DNA from: an uncultured Bacilli bacterium
GTDB lineage: Bacteria; Bacillota_I; Bacilli_A; Izemoplasmatales; UBA1188
Assembly (NCBI GenBank): GCA_905235635.1
Contig: CAJOMC010000002.1
Location: 12,067 to 76,066 of the forward strand
Direction: 5' to 3'
DNA: 64,000 nucleotides
Shown: positions 19,469-29,401 of the stretch, piece after piece
Layout: each line of letters opens with the position of its first letter
How positions within the stretch are numbered: the stretch's first letter is position 1
Notes under the pieces: model-generated
Seen by the model: only the letters and a program-made list of their open reading frames with translations
What the model was told of the DNA's origin: nothing
Databases searched by the model: none
Translations under genes and position numbers: made by a program

Positions 19469-20248
19469 TAATTCTATAATATCACTAATATCTGTCTTTT
19501 TCGCTACATAAATCTTAATATTATTTGAGTCAATATTATGTTCTTTCGCATACATCCTATAAGCCCCTAGCGCGAGTTCGTCAGAGTTACATTCTTTTGA
19601 TAAATGGTATAACACTAAGGACTCTGTTTTATCTCCATAAATATTATAAAATAGCTTAGCGCTATCTTCATTAGATAGATGTCCTTCATCAGAGATAATA
19701 CGTTGTTTTAAGGGCCATGGACGAGAACTTAAAAGTAGAATATTTGGCTCATGATTGGCTTCAATTATGTATGATGTTGCATTCTTTAATACATCACTCT
19801 CATCTAAGTGACCCGTATCAGTTATATATACAATTGATTGATTATTATATTCAATTCTATATCCTAAAGGATCCGCGGAATCATGGTGTGTCATAAAGGT
19901 CTTAACCACTAAATCATCCACCACAAATTCGTCATCATTTTTAATGAAATGAAAGTACCTTGGAGATATCTTTTCCTTGATATCATCCGATAAATATTTA
20001 TACGCATTTTTTGACACATATATAGGGCATTCCATTTTTGAAAAAATACTTCTTAATCCACTCACGTGGTCTGAGTGCTCATGAGTTAAAAAAATACCAT
20101 CGAGATGGTTTAATTCAATTCCTTTTTCACTTAAATTCTTAATTATTTTCCTAATTCCAATGCCTGCATCTAATAAATAATACTTATCATTATTCATTAA
20201 AAGCACCGAATTCCCACTTGAGGATGAGGCGATAACCACGTATTTCAT
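19466..20248 (-). CDS. MBL-fold metallo-hydrolase (YycJ/WalJ-like)
   Basis: THEHSDH metal motif. The N-terminus MKYVVIASSSSGNS aligns with the YycJ-type start. The start is moved from 20269 to ATG 20248. Confidence 0.75.
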   Translation of the reverse strand: MKYVVIASSSSGNSVLLMNNDKYYLLDAGIGIRKIIKNLSEKGIELNHLDGIFLTHEHSDHVSGLRSIFSKMECPIYVSKNAYKYLSDDIKEKISPRYFHFIKNDDEFVVDDLVVKTFMTHHDSADPLGYRIEYNNQSIVYITDTGHLDESDVLKNATSYIIEANHEPNILLLSSRPWPLKQRIISDEGHLSNEDSAKLFYNIYGDKTESLVLYHLSKECNSDELALGAYRMYAKEHNIDSNNIKIYVAKKTDISDIIEL

Positions 20249-20254
20249 ACTAGA

Positions 20255-20263
20255 ATTATAGCA
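20255..20263 (-). promoter_or_regulatory. Extended -10 promoter element (TGCTATAAT), possibly giving a leaderless mRNA
   Basis: The minus strand reads TGCTATAAT, then 6 nt, then ATG(20248). There is no SD in between. Confidence 0.35.
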
Positions 20264-20389
20264 CCACATTTTACTAAATATTTCGGTAAAATATTTATGG
20301 TTTTTTCGTTTCTTTAAAAAATATTTGTTGTCATTTATATATATAAATGATAATATATAAAAGACTTTTTATTAAGGAGTGTATTTTTT

Positions 20390-23300
20390 ATGGGGAATTA
20401 TGGAAAAAGAGTTCTAATTGTTCTCGTTGCTGTAGCAGCTGTTGTCGCACTAGCTGTTGCAGGTAACGCTTTCCAACAACGTAACAAAGAACATACCATA
20501 TCACATAGTAAGGAAGTTGTTTATCAAGGAGAGTATAATGGCACATCTTATGATGTTACTAAGGCTGATGTTTGGAAAAACATCCTTTATTCATCTCCTT
20601 TATCTACTATGAATGAAATGGTTGAAAAATTATTACTTAAAGATATTATTGCTAATATCAGCGACAATGAATTAATAGATAAGAAGATTGAATATCTTAT
20701 TTATTCAACAAACGATGCTGAGGCTATCGAATCTTATCAAAAGGATCCTGAAAGGGATGAAGAATTAAAGAATAGTTTTGAAATGAGAATGGCTATCTTA
20801 GGCTACTTTGAAAATGGTAGCGAAGGCCATACTTGGAACGATTATGCAAAACTATTAATTGCGAAAGACATATATGCTAAATATAGAATTGAAAATGAAC
20901 TACCAATCGGTTCATATACTTTCGATTTATCAGATGAAACATTAACTAAAGAATATAAAGAAGCATATAAAGACACATACGCAATCACATTAAAATTCTA
21001 TAGTGAGGGAGATGCTACTTCATTCCTAAAATCTATGGGATATGTAACTGTTTCAAACAGATTAAGACAATATGTCGGAGATAGAGAATTTGAATTACAA
21101 AAGAACAGTAGTGGTTCTTATTATGTCAATGATGATTTATCTTTACCATTTGTATTAGTTGATGTTACATATAACGATGAAACTACAGGCCAAGAAAAGG
21201 TTCCATTTGGAAACATCCAAAAAGATGAAGATGGCAACTTCGTATGGGATCAAAATAGCAATTCATTCGTTTTGTCTGGCGAAGAATTTGTATCAAGTTC
21301 TGTAAGCATTTGGGATGCTGAATCATTCACTAACGATAATACTGCTTACCTATCTGATGAACAATTATTAAAGGTATATATTAATCTTTATAACGAATAT
21401 TATAAGCAACAACGTTCTTCTATTAAGAACACCATTTCATTAGATGATTTCGCTAATGCATTTGGTTTTACTAAAGTTGGCGAATTATATAGCGATGAGA
21501 ATGTTGCTACTATGAATGGCGCACTAAAAGCTTATGATTTAGTTATTGTTAATAATAATGGTAACCAAGAAATTAGAAAATATGTTGGTAATGAAGAGTA
21601 TGTAGTGGATTTAGATGAAGATGGTCATGCTATAGGTAGTTATGGTCTTCCAACATACAAGAAATCTTCAGTTAATACTGAACAGATTCCTAATTACCAA
21701 ATTAAATTAGATGAAGATGGCGAACCAGTATTAGACGTTGAGAATGAGTTCATCTTCTATCTTGATAGAGATGGCAATAAGGTTGCTAATGAATCTAAGA
21801 AAGCTATTGCTGATCAAACTACATTTGATTTATCAAATACTATCCCAACAACTGACCTTCAATTATATAGTGCATTCTATTCTATTTATTTAGATGTAAC
21901 TGGTACTGAATGGACTAATGAATATAAGAATAGTGCAGATGCTGCATCAAGCATCCTCTATAAGTATGCTGATTTATCTTCTAAGAGATCTGATGTTGCT
22001 AAACAAATATTCGTAACATTCGAATATAATACTTCAACAGCTGCTCAATTACTTTATACACCGACAAGCTTCACAGGTGCTAATAACTCAGAAACCCCAT
22101 ATTATTTAATATATAAATTAACTGATTCTAAAACTCAAGAACCTACTGAAGCACAACTTAAAGAATATAAAGAAGATAAGATTGCTGAATACTTAAAAGA
22201 AAAAGGTCTAGTCGATATGGCTATCGCAGAACTTAAGAAAGAATCTGGATTAGCATTCTATGATCAATTCTTCGCATGGGATTATGAAGCAACTCTCGCA
22301 AGTGATGACGATAATAATCCTGCAGGTATATCTGAGGATAAAATTGAAAACTACTTCAAGAATAAAGCATATAGTAATTCTAAATTATTAAGCCTTAAAA
22401 CTCCTACATATGTTAAGTATGATAGTGAAAATAAGATTGTAGTTGAATCTTCTAAAGATAAATACGTTATCACCGCCAATGACTTATATGATTATTCAAT
22501 GGAATACGCATCAGCATCTTATGTATCTTCTGCAACTTTATCTAATATCTTATTATTAATGAAAGAATTTGAAGAAATACATGGTACTACTTATGCTAAA
22601 TCTAATTATTTAACAAGCAAGAACTGGAAATTAGAGCAATATGCAACAACTACTCAAAATTATAACTATTACTTTGAGTTCTATAAACAAATGTATGCTC
22701 AATATGGATTATCTTACTATGACACATTAAATGAATTCCTACATTCATATAACACAAGAAGCTTTGATGATTTAGTAGATTCACTAATGAAGGGTACAAT
22801 GAGAAACCTATATCTATATAAAGCTATAGTTGGAGAATTCAAAGAAATAACTGATTTATCAACATTTGATTTAACTGAATACGGAAATACTCTATTTAAT
22901 CAAGATGAATTTAACAAGTTATATGATGATTATTTCGATGTAAACGTTAATCACATCCTCTTCTATGTTGATTTAGATGAAGACGGAAACCCAGATGATT
23001 ATAAAGACTTCCTTGCTACATTTGATGAAGAAACATATGAATCAAGTGTATTAAAAGATGCGGATGGTAATCCATATAAACTTGAAGATTGGGAACTTAA
23101 CCTAAAATTACTCGAACAAAAAATCTTAGATAAGATTGCAGATAATGACGCATTTGGTGTATCTTCAATGTCACTTCTATCTGAATTCATCACTGAATAC
23201 AATAAATCTAATAGACATGATGATACTGAATATGCTTCATATAAAGCATTAGGTATTCAAATCATGTATGAAAATCTAGGTGAGGTTACACTATCAAGTG

Positions 23301-23824
23301 TCGAATCATATGTTAAAGAATTTAAAGAATCCGTAATTGAATTACATGAAAGACTTCAAAAGTCAGATAATCAAGTGCTTGGATATACATTATCAGATAA
23401 ATTAACTCGTACATCATTCGGTGAACATTTCATCGTTGAAACTCCTGGCACTAACTTCAATAAACCAACATTCAAGTATACAGATAGCACCAATAGTTAT
23501 AGCCTTGGATGTGAAAATGAAGGAGATAAGATGAGCAAAGCTCAATTCGCTCTTTATATTGAACGTTACGCTTACACTCAAATCTATGGTTCAACTGCGG
23601 ATACTCAAGAGAATGCTGCATTCGATTATCCAAATATGCCAGATGAATTAATTGAAGCATTTGAATTATATTATAAAGATTGGTTCAGCCTTATGTTAGA
23701 TGAATCAAGCACATATCATTCAAGTTATATTAACTTAAGATATCTATCAGGGGAAGATACAACTTGGAAAGAATCTCTAACTAAGTTAAGAGATATCTAT
23801 GAATTCGTTTTATTCGGTGAATAG
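20390..23824 (+). CDS. Giant membrane-anchored PrsA/SurA-like protein with a diverged, insertion-bearing parvulin-like domain
   Basis: 1144 aa with an N-terminal signal anchor. It has a PrsA-N-like VTKADVWKNIL...MVEKLLLKDII, and a parvulin-like NVNHILFY ... SFGEHFIVE (compare HILV ... FGYHII). Confidence 0.55.
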   Translation: MGNYGKRVLIVLVAVAAVVALAVAGNAFQQRNKEHTISHSKEVVYQGEYNGTSYDVTKADVWKNILYSSPLSTMNEMVEKLLLKDIIANISDNELIDKKIEYLIYSTNDAEAIESYQKDPERDEELKNSFEMRMAILGYFENGSEGHTWNDYAKLLIAKDIYAKYRIENELPIGSYTFDLSDETLTKEYKEAYKDTYAITLKFYSEGDATSFLKSMGYVTVSNRLRQYVGDREFELQKNSSGSYYVNDDLSLPFVLVDVTYNDETTGQEKVPFGNIQKDEDGNFVWDQNSNSFVLSGEEFVSSSVSIWDAESFTNDNTAYLSDEQLLKVYINLYNEYYKQQRSSIKNTISLDDFANAFGFTKVGELYSDENVATMNGALKAYDLVIVNNNGNQEIRKYVGNEEYVVDLDEDGHAIGSYGLPTYKKSSVNTEQIPNYQIKLDEDGEPVLDVENEFIFYLDRDGNKVANESKKAIADQTTFDLSNTIPTTDLQLYSAFYSIYLDVTGTEWTNEYKNSADAASSILYKYADLSSKRSDVAKQIFVTFEYNTSTAAQLLYTPTSFTGANNSETPYYLIYKLTDSKTQEPTEAQLKEYKEDKIAEYLKEKGLVDMAIAELKKESGLAFYDQFFAWDYEATLASDDDNNPAGISEDKIENYFKNKAYSNSKLLSLKTPTYVKYDSENKIVVESSKDKYVITANDLYDYSMEYASASYVSSATLSNILLLMKEFEEIHGTTYAKSNYLTSKNWKLEQYATTTQNYNYYFEFYKQMYAQYGLSYYDTLNEFLHSYNTRSFDDLVDSLMKGTMRNLYLYKAIVGEFKEITDLSTFDLTEYGNTLFNQDEFNKLYDDYFDVNVNHILFYVDLDEDGNPDDYKDFLATFDEETYESSVLKDADGNPYKLEDWELNLKLLEQKILDKIADNDAFGVSSMSLLSEFITEYNKSNRHDDTEYASYKALGIQIMYENLGEVTLSSVESYVKEFKESVIELHERLQKSDNQVLGYTLSDKLTRTSFGEHFIVETPGTNFNKPTFKYTDSTNSYSLGCENEGDKMSKAQFALYIERYAYTQIYGSTADTQENAAFDYPNMPDELIEAFELYYKDWFSLMLDESSTYHSSYINLRYLSGEDTTWKESLTKLRDIYEFVLFGE

Positions 23825-23836
23825 GAGGATAGGATA

Positions 23837-26317
23837 ATGAAAAAGTTATTTAGTTTATTACTTTTATTATTACTCTCTTTATCTCTAGCATCTTGCGCTA
23901 AAGATGAAGTTGCTGAATATAAACATCCTTATATTTCAAATCCTACTGAAGTTATTCTTACATCTACTCATAATTCATTAGAATATTCAGTAACTAAAGC
24001 CGACCTATACCATTCAATTTTAGATAATGGTGGATTAAATCTAGTGCTTGAAGCACTTGATTCTAAGTTACTTAAAGAATATGTATCAAGCGTCACAGAT
24101 AGCGAATATACATCTAAATACAATAGAGTTGTTCATTCTACAGAACATCTTGATGCATTATCTGAAGAAAAGAAAGCTAAAAATATTGCTGATTATAATA
24201 ATCAAATGAAGGTTATGGGTTTTGATTCTGAATCTATCGTAGATTATATTAAGTTCTTAGCTGGTAAAGAAAAATATGCTTTAGAAGTACTAAAAAATGC
24301 TCAAGAAGATAAAAAGAGCGATTACTATGTTGAAGATGAAACTCTAAAGGCATATTATGAATCAAGTTATTATACAGATGCTAGAGCTATTGTTATTAAC
24401 TTTATGTCATCAAGCGACTACAAATCTACAATAGAAGATTTAGGATATGTAACATATAACTCCGAATTAAGAAAATATACAGGTGTTACTCCAATTAATG
24501 AAGTTCTTCAAGCTGATCTTAATGATACTAATACTGAAAAATTAGATTCAGCCGCTTTAAGAGCTGCCTTCATTGAAATCTATAATAAAGTATATTCTAG
24601 TTATAGACCTATGTTAAATGAAGAATCTCTTAATGAAGATAGTCACTTATTATATAACTATGATGTACTAAGTGTATCTAATAGTTCTCTCGCATCATTC
24701 CTCTTCTCTTTAGCAAAGGATGATTCAACATATGCTCCTTATAAATCTACCACTTCTTATGAAACAGTATATTCACTTGTATATAAATTAAGTGAAGGTA
24801 ATAAAGATTACTATGACCTAACAAGTGAAGAAAGAGAGAATGTATTAAATAAGTATTTAGTATCTCTTTCACAAAATGCTGATACAGTAAATAGTATTCT
24901 TGTTGAATTAAGAAAAGAAAATGGCTTAGTATTCTATGATAGATACCTAGCTAATGCATATAAGACATATGATGCAAATGTTAAAACTGAACCTAAAGGT
25001 GATGAATCTAAGTTACTAAAATGTGGAGATGTAGAATTAACCGCAGATGAATTATATGCCTACGCTAAAGATCCATCTGAAGCATACTACTTAATTAGTG
25101 CCGCAACTACTTCTATCCAAGAAACTCTTAAATCATATAGTTTAATATATGGTCTTGAAAGAGATTTAAATAAGAATGCAGCATTAAGATTTGTATCTCA
25201 TCATGATGCAGCATTAAAGGTTTTAGACCAACATAAAGCTGAATATGATACTACTGAAGAGTGTTTATATAAATACTTTGGTACTACTAATTTAAGAGAT
25301 GCAGTTAAGAATACTTACGTTAAAGAAGATCTTGATATGCTTTCTATGCTTGATTATCTACTTACTGTAGATGAAAATGGTAAAGCTGAATTTAATGATA
25401 ATGTATCAAGCAAGATGGAATCATTCTTATCAGATGCATATAATTCATATTATGATTTAACTCCATATCTACTTGTAGTATATACAGATTATAATGGAGA
25501 CTATATTCCTGATAATATGGAAGATGTACTTAATAATCCATCTACATATGGTTTAGATTTAAATAAAGAAGAATATGAACTTCATTTAAAGGGATTATAT
25601 GATACTATCTATGCATTATTTAATGAAGCTGAGGACGCAAACGATGTAGTAGAAGCAATGCAAGATTTCGTTACTGAATATAAGAAAGCATCAAGAACTT
25701 CTGGCGAATATGCTTTATATAAGAACTTAGGTCTTCATATTAGATATTCTAAACCAAGCGTATCTGGTTCGAGTTACATTAACTACTTCAAATATTCTAA
25801 AGATGCATCAGATAATATGAATGCATTACTCAAAGAATTATACGCTGATATCACTGATGGTGAATTTGATTCATTTGTATTACAACATGTAACTAATACA
25901 CTTGTAGTAGATGAAGATGGTGCATACTTTATGGCTGCAGCTAAGGGTTCATCAACATCTAGACCTAAATTTGCATATGATAAAACAACTGATACAGAAA
26001 ATAAATATAATGAATATGCTGATAATAGTTTAGATGCACCTAATGCAGTTCAGCTTGCTAACGCATTATTATATGAATTCTATGAATATATGTTTGAAGA
26101 TGAAGAAACTGCTCTAGAACTTAATGTATCAACATTCCCTAAAGCATTCCCATCACAGGTTAACTTATCAAGTTATGTTCATGCTATCTTAGACGAATAC
26201 TTTACCACAGCTTATTATGCATATAACTATGCAACTATCTTAAGTGCTTGTGAAGATACTACATTATCACCAAAATTTAGTAGTGTAGCTGACGCATTAA
26301 ACACACTTCTTGGTTAG
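23837..26317 (+). CDS. Large lipoprotein, paralog of the preceding PrsA/SurA-like protein
   Basis: Lipobox LSLASC. It shares blocks with the 1144-aa neighbour: YSVTKADLYHSIL, ENGLVFYDRYLANAYK, DFVTEYKKASR..YALYKNLGLHIRY. Confidence 0.55.
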   Translation: MKKLFSLLLLLLLSLSLASCAKDEVAEYKHPYISNPTEVILTSTHNSLEYSVTKADLYHSILDNGGLNLVLEALDSKLLKEYVSSVTDSEYTSKYNRVVHSTEHLDALSEEKKAKNIADYNNQMKVMGFDSESIVDYIKFLAGKEKYALEVLKNAQEDKKSDYYVEDETLKAYYESSYYTDARAIVINFMSSSDYKSTIEDLGYVTYNSELRKYTGVTPINEVLQADLNDTNTEKLDSAALRAAFIEIYNKVYSSYRPMLNEESLNEDSHLLYNYDVLSVSNSSLASFLFSLAKDDSTYAPYKSTTSYETVYSLVYKLSEGNKDYYDLTSEERENVLNKYLVSLSQNADTVNSILVELRKENGLVFYDRYLANAYKTYDANVKTEPKGDESKLLKCGDVELTADELYAYAKDPSEAYYLISAATTSIQETLKSYSLIYGLERDLNKNAALRFVSHHDAALKVLDQHKAEYDTTEECLYKYFGTTNLRDAVKNTYVKEDLDMLSMLDYLLTVDENGKAEFNDNVSSKMESFLSDAYNSYYDLTPYLLVVYTDYNGDYIPDNMEDVLNNPSTYGLDLNKEEYELHLKGLYDTIYALFNEAEDANDVVEAMQDFVTEYKKASRTSGEYALYKNLGLHIRYSKPSVSGSSYINYFKYSKDASDNMNALLKELYADITDGEFDSFVLQHVTNTLVVDEDGAYFMAAAKGSSTSRPKFAYDKTTDTENKYNEYADNSLDAPNAVQLANALLYEFYEYMFEDEETALELNVSTFPKAFPSQVNLSSYVHAILDEYFTTAYYAYNYATILSACEDTTLSPKFSSVADALNTLLG

Positions 26318-26330
26318 TATAACCTAAGAT

Positions 26331-26357
26331 GAAAGGAGGACATCTGTCCTCCTTTTC
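26331..26357 (+). terminator. Intrinsic terminator
   Basis: GAAAGGAGGACA tct GTCCTCCTTTTC followed by TTAT. Confidence 0.65.
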
Positions 26358-26399
26358 TTATGCCTCTTATATACTTATATATTATATATAATAGGAAAA

Positions 26400-26472
26400 T
26401 CGGAATGGTGAGACTCGAACTCACGACCTCTAAGTCCCGAACCTAGCGCGCTACCACCTGTGCTACATTCCG
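26400..26472 (-). tRNA. tRNA-Pro (anticodon CGG), CCA not encoded
   Basis: The reverse complement has acceptor stem CGGAATG/CATTCCG with a C1:G72 pair, and discriminator A. The anticodon loop is TTCGGGA. The T arm carries GAGTTCGAGTCTC. Confidence 0.85.
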
Positions 26473-26475
26473 ATT

Positions 26476-26886
26476 TTATGATTCACATTTTATTACATTA
26501 CTCTTTCTAAAATATCTTTTAAATATTCTAAAACAATTAAATGTTTTACGATTAAAATGATATTTAGTTGAAACTAGGTATAAGGCATCAACTTTTATTT
26601 TTAATTTCTTCAATATTCTTTTAAAGTATATTGCGTTACCCAGTGTTGTGAGAGATTTTTCTTCTCTTATAATCATATCTTTATTAATACCTTTATCTAC
26701 TAAGTATTTATACATTTGTGATGCCTCACTTATTCCAGCCTTTTTATTTGGAATACCGCCACATACAGCGATTTTCCCTATTTTATCATTTATAAGACTA
26801 ATACCTAGATTTAATCTATTAATAAGTTCATCTGTCATAGTGGAATCATCATTTAATCTTTTCCCAAGTACCACAATTATATCCAT
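26476..26886 (-). CDS. DUF218/YdcF-like protein
   Basis: 136 aa. The pattern IIVVLGKRL...GGIPNKK..SEASQMYKYLVDKGI is typical of the YdcF/ElyC family. Confidence 0.55.
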   Translation of the reverse strand: MDIIVVLGKRLNDDSTMTDELINRLNLGISLINDKIGKIAVCGGIPNKKAGISEASQMYKYLVDKGINKDMIIREEKSLTTLGNAIYFKRILKKLKIKVDALYLVSTKYHFNRKTFNCFRIFKRYFRKSNVIKCES

Positions 26887-26887
26887 T

Positions 26888-27535
26888 TTATTCTCCTATA
26901 AAGTCTAGTATCTCTTCTGGTCTATCAATAAGTATATTTATGCCCTTACTTTCTAAAAATTCTTTTGACCTAAAACCATACGTAACCATTAATACATCTA
27001 CTTTTGAATTGATTCCCGTAAGATAGTCGGTGTATGAATCTCCAATAAATAATGCATCTTCCTTACTAATATTTAATTCTTTTAAGCATAAATCCACCAA
27101 ATCAGGTGATGGTTTTAGTTTTAAACCTTCTTTTTCGCCTGTCACATAATCAAACAGTCTAGTATAAAGGGTACTTATTATTTCTTTTGTGAATTCATCT
27201 CTTTTATTAGATACAACACCTAGTTTATATCCTTTATTCTTTAATTCTTTTACTACATCAATAAGCCCATCATATCTATTTGAATAGTCTAGATAATGAT
27301 TAGAGTAATATTCTTTAAAGTCATTAAATAGTTTGTTTATCATATTTTCGTCATCACATTTAGAACTTCTTTTAATGAGGTTAAGCATACCATCACCGGT
27401 ATTTAGGATGGCTTCTTTTTTAGTTATTGAGTTAAAACCATTTCTTTTTAATGCATAATTAACCGCATTAAGTAAATCTATTGATGTATCCACAAGAGTT
27501 CCGTCTAAATCGAATATTATTCCTTTATATTTCAT
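26888..27535 (-). CDS. HAD-superfamily phosphatase (Gph-like)
   Basis: IIFDLDGTLVDT (motif I), VVSNK (motif II) and GDSYTD (motif IV). Confidence 0.75.
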   Translation of the reverse strand: MKYKGIIFDLDGTLVDTSIDLLNAVNYALKRNGFNSITKKEAILNTGDGMLNLIKRSSKCDDENMINKLFNDFKEYYSNHYLDYSNRYDGLIDVVKELKNKGYKLGVVSNKRDEFTKEIISTLYTRLFDYVTGEKEGLKLKPSPDLVDLCLKELNISKEDALFIGDSYTDYLTGINSKVDVLMVTYGFRSKEFLESKGINILIDRPEEILDFIGE

Positions 27536-27653
27536 TAAAATAACCTCTTCTCAAATTGTATCACTTATTAAATAAATATTATAAATATATCAATATTATT
27601 GGCTTATTTATAGTGGCGGTGTATGATATTATAATATAAAGAAGGAGATTAAA

Positions 27654-29149
27654 ATGACTAAGGAAGAAATATTAAAGAAAGCAGAATACTACTCAACGTT
27701 TGATAGATCATGCTCATATATACTACAAGTATTTAACTATGATAGGGCAACTATTGCGCCAAAAGGTGGCGCAATGGAAGGGAATGAAGCATTAAGCTTC
27801 GTTTCTAATGAAGTATATAAGGTATATAAGAGTGACGATTATAAAGAATTTGTGGTCGAAGCATATAATAAAAGAGATGAGTTTAGTGAACCTTATAAAA
27901 GACTCTTTGAACTCAAATATAAATCACTAAAAGAAAGTGAAAATCTTGATTCTGAAACAAACTACAAGTTACAACTAATCTTTTCAAATGGTAATACTAT
28001 TTGGGAAGAAGCTAAAGAGAAGAATGATTATTCAATCTTTAAAGATGCATTAAAAAATATTATAGAGGCTTTAAAACTAATAGTGGATTTAAAACCTACT
28101 AAATTTAAGAATCCATATGATAGTCTTTTAGACCAATATGAAGAAGGATTAAATGTAGATATACTTGATAATTTCTTTAATAAGTTAAAAGAAAGAATAG
28201 TACCTCTTCTTCAAAAGATAATGAAATCAAAGAAGAAAATTAGAACTGATTTTTTATCGAGAGTTGTGTCAAAAGATATCCAACAAAAAATATCTTATGA
28301 ATTACTTAAGTTTAATGACTTTGAGTTTTATCAGAATCAGAACATCCATTTACCTGTTTCCCAAGCCACCACGACGTAATAGTTACAACTCACTATTATG
28401 AAGATAGTTTTGCGTCAAATATATATTCAGTAATTCATGAAGGTGGACACGCCATATTCGCTCAAAATGAACCTGATTTATTCTATGAAATTGGTCTCGC
28501 TGGCTCAATGAGTATGGGAGAGCATGAAACAATTTCAAGGTTTTATGAAAATATAATAGGTAGAAGTAAAGAATATACTGATCATATATACGACATTATT
28601 AATAGTATCTATCCTGAACTTTTAAGTGATGTATCTAAAACTGAATTCTTTGAAGCCGTTAACGTTTCTACGCCATCACTTATAAGAACTGAATCTGATG
28701 AATTAACTTATTCTCTTCACATCATGATTAGATATGAGTTAGAAAAAGCTTTAATTAACAATGAGATTACTGTGGATAATGTAAAAGATGAATGGAATCG
28801 TCTATATAAAGAATATCTTGGTGTAGATGTTACATCTGATAGGGAAGGAATCTTACAAGATATGCACTGGAGCGATGGAACTATAGGATATTTCCCAACA
28901 TATGCACTAGGCAATGCATATGGTGCACAAATCCTTAATACTATGAGAAAAGATATAGATCTTGAAAAAACACTTAAAAATGGGGATTTAAAGATAATTA
29001 AGGAATGGCTTAAAGAACACGTGTTTAAATATGCATCTCTTCTTAAACCTAGAGAATGGTTATTAAAAATAACCGGCGAAGAATTAAACCCTGATTATTT
29101 CCTAGATTACTTGGAAAATAAATATTCAAAGCTATATGATCTAAAATAG
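27654..29149 (+). pseudogene. M32 (Taq-type) carboxypeptidase interrupted by a -1 frame change in a T4 run
   Basis: Two ORFs (27654-28379 and frame-shifted 28325-29149) together give a full M32 protein. HPFT and the HEGGHA zinc motif lie in the second frame upstream of the track ORF. The frames switch at TTTT 28326-28329. Confidence 0.8.
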
Positions 29150-29241
29150 AAAATATTGACATTATCAAAACTCTTGGTTTTGAAAGAAAAACGCTAGTTT
29201 TAGCAATTTATTTTTTTTCACATTTACGGCATTTTAAAAAT

Positions 29242-29268
29242 GGGGCAAAATTGCCCCTTTACTTTTAA
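29242..29268 (+). terminator. Intrinsic terminator after the carboxypeptidase locus
   Basis: GGGGCA aaat TGCCCC followed by TTTACTTTTAAT. Confidence 0.65.
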
Positions 29269-29401
29269 TTATATTATGTATACAATAGTGCTACACTAGT
29301 TATGACTTATGTGTATAAATAATGTACTTCTATTACTTGATAGTAGGAGGAGTGTTTTATTCACGGTACATAAAAAATACTGGTAAGGGAAGGAAGGAAT
29401 T

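Noticed and set aside
29270-29340. Possible NrdR boxes upstream of nrdD (ACAC...GTGT elements in ACACTAGTTATGACTTATGTGT and TATACAATAGTG)
   Set aside because: The ACAC/GTGT halves are 14 nt apart rather than forming the 16-bp NrdR palindrome. No 16-mer window matches the acaCwAtATaTwGtgt consensus beyond one half-site. No nrdR gene is in the window.
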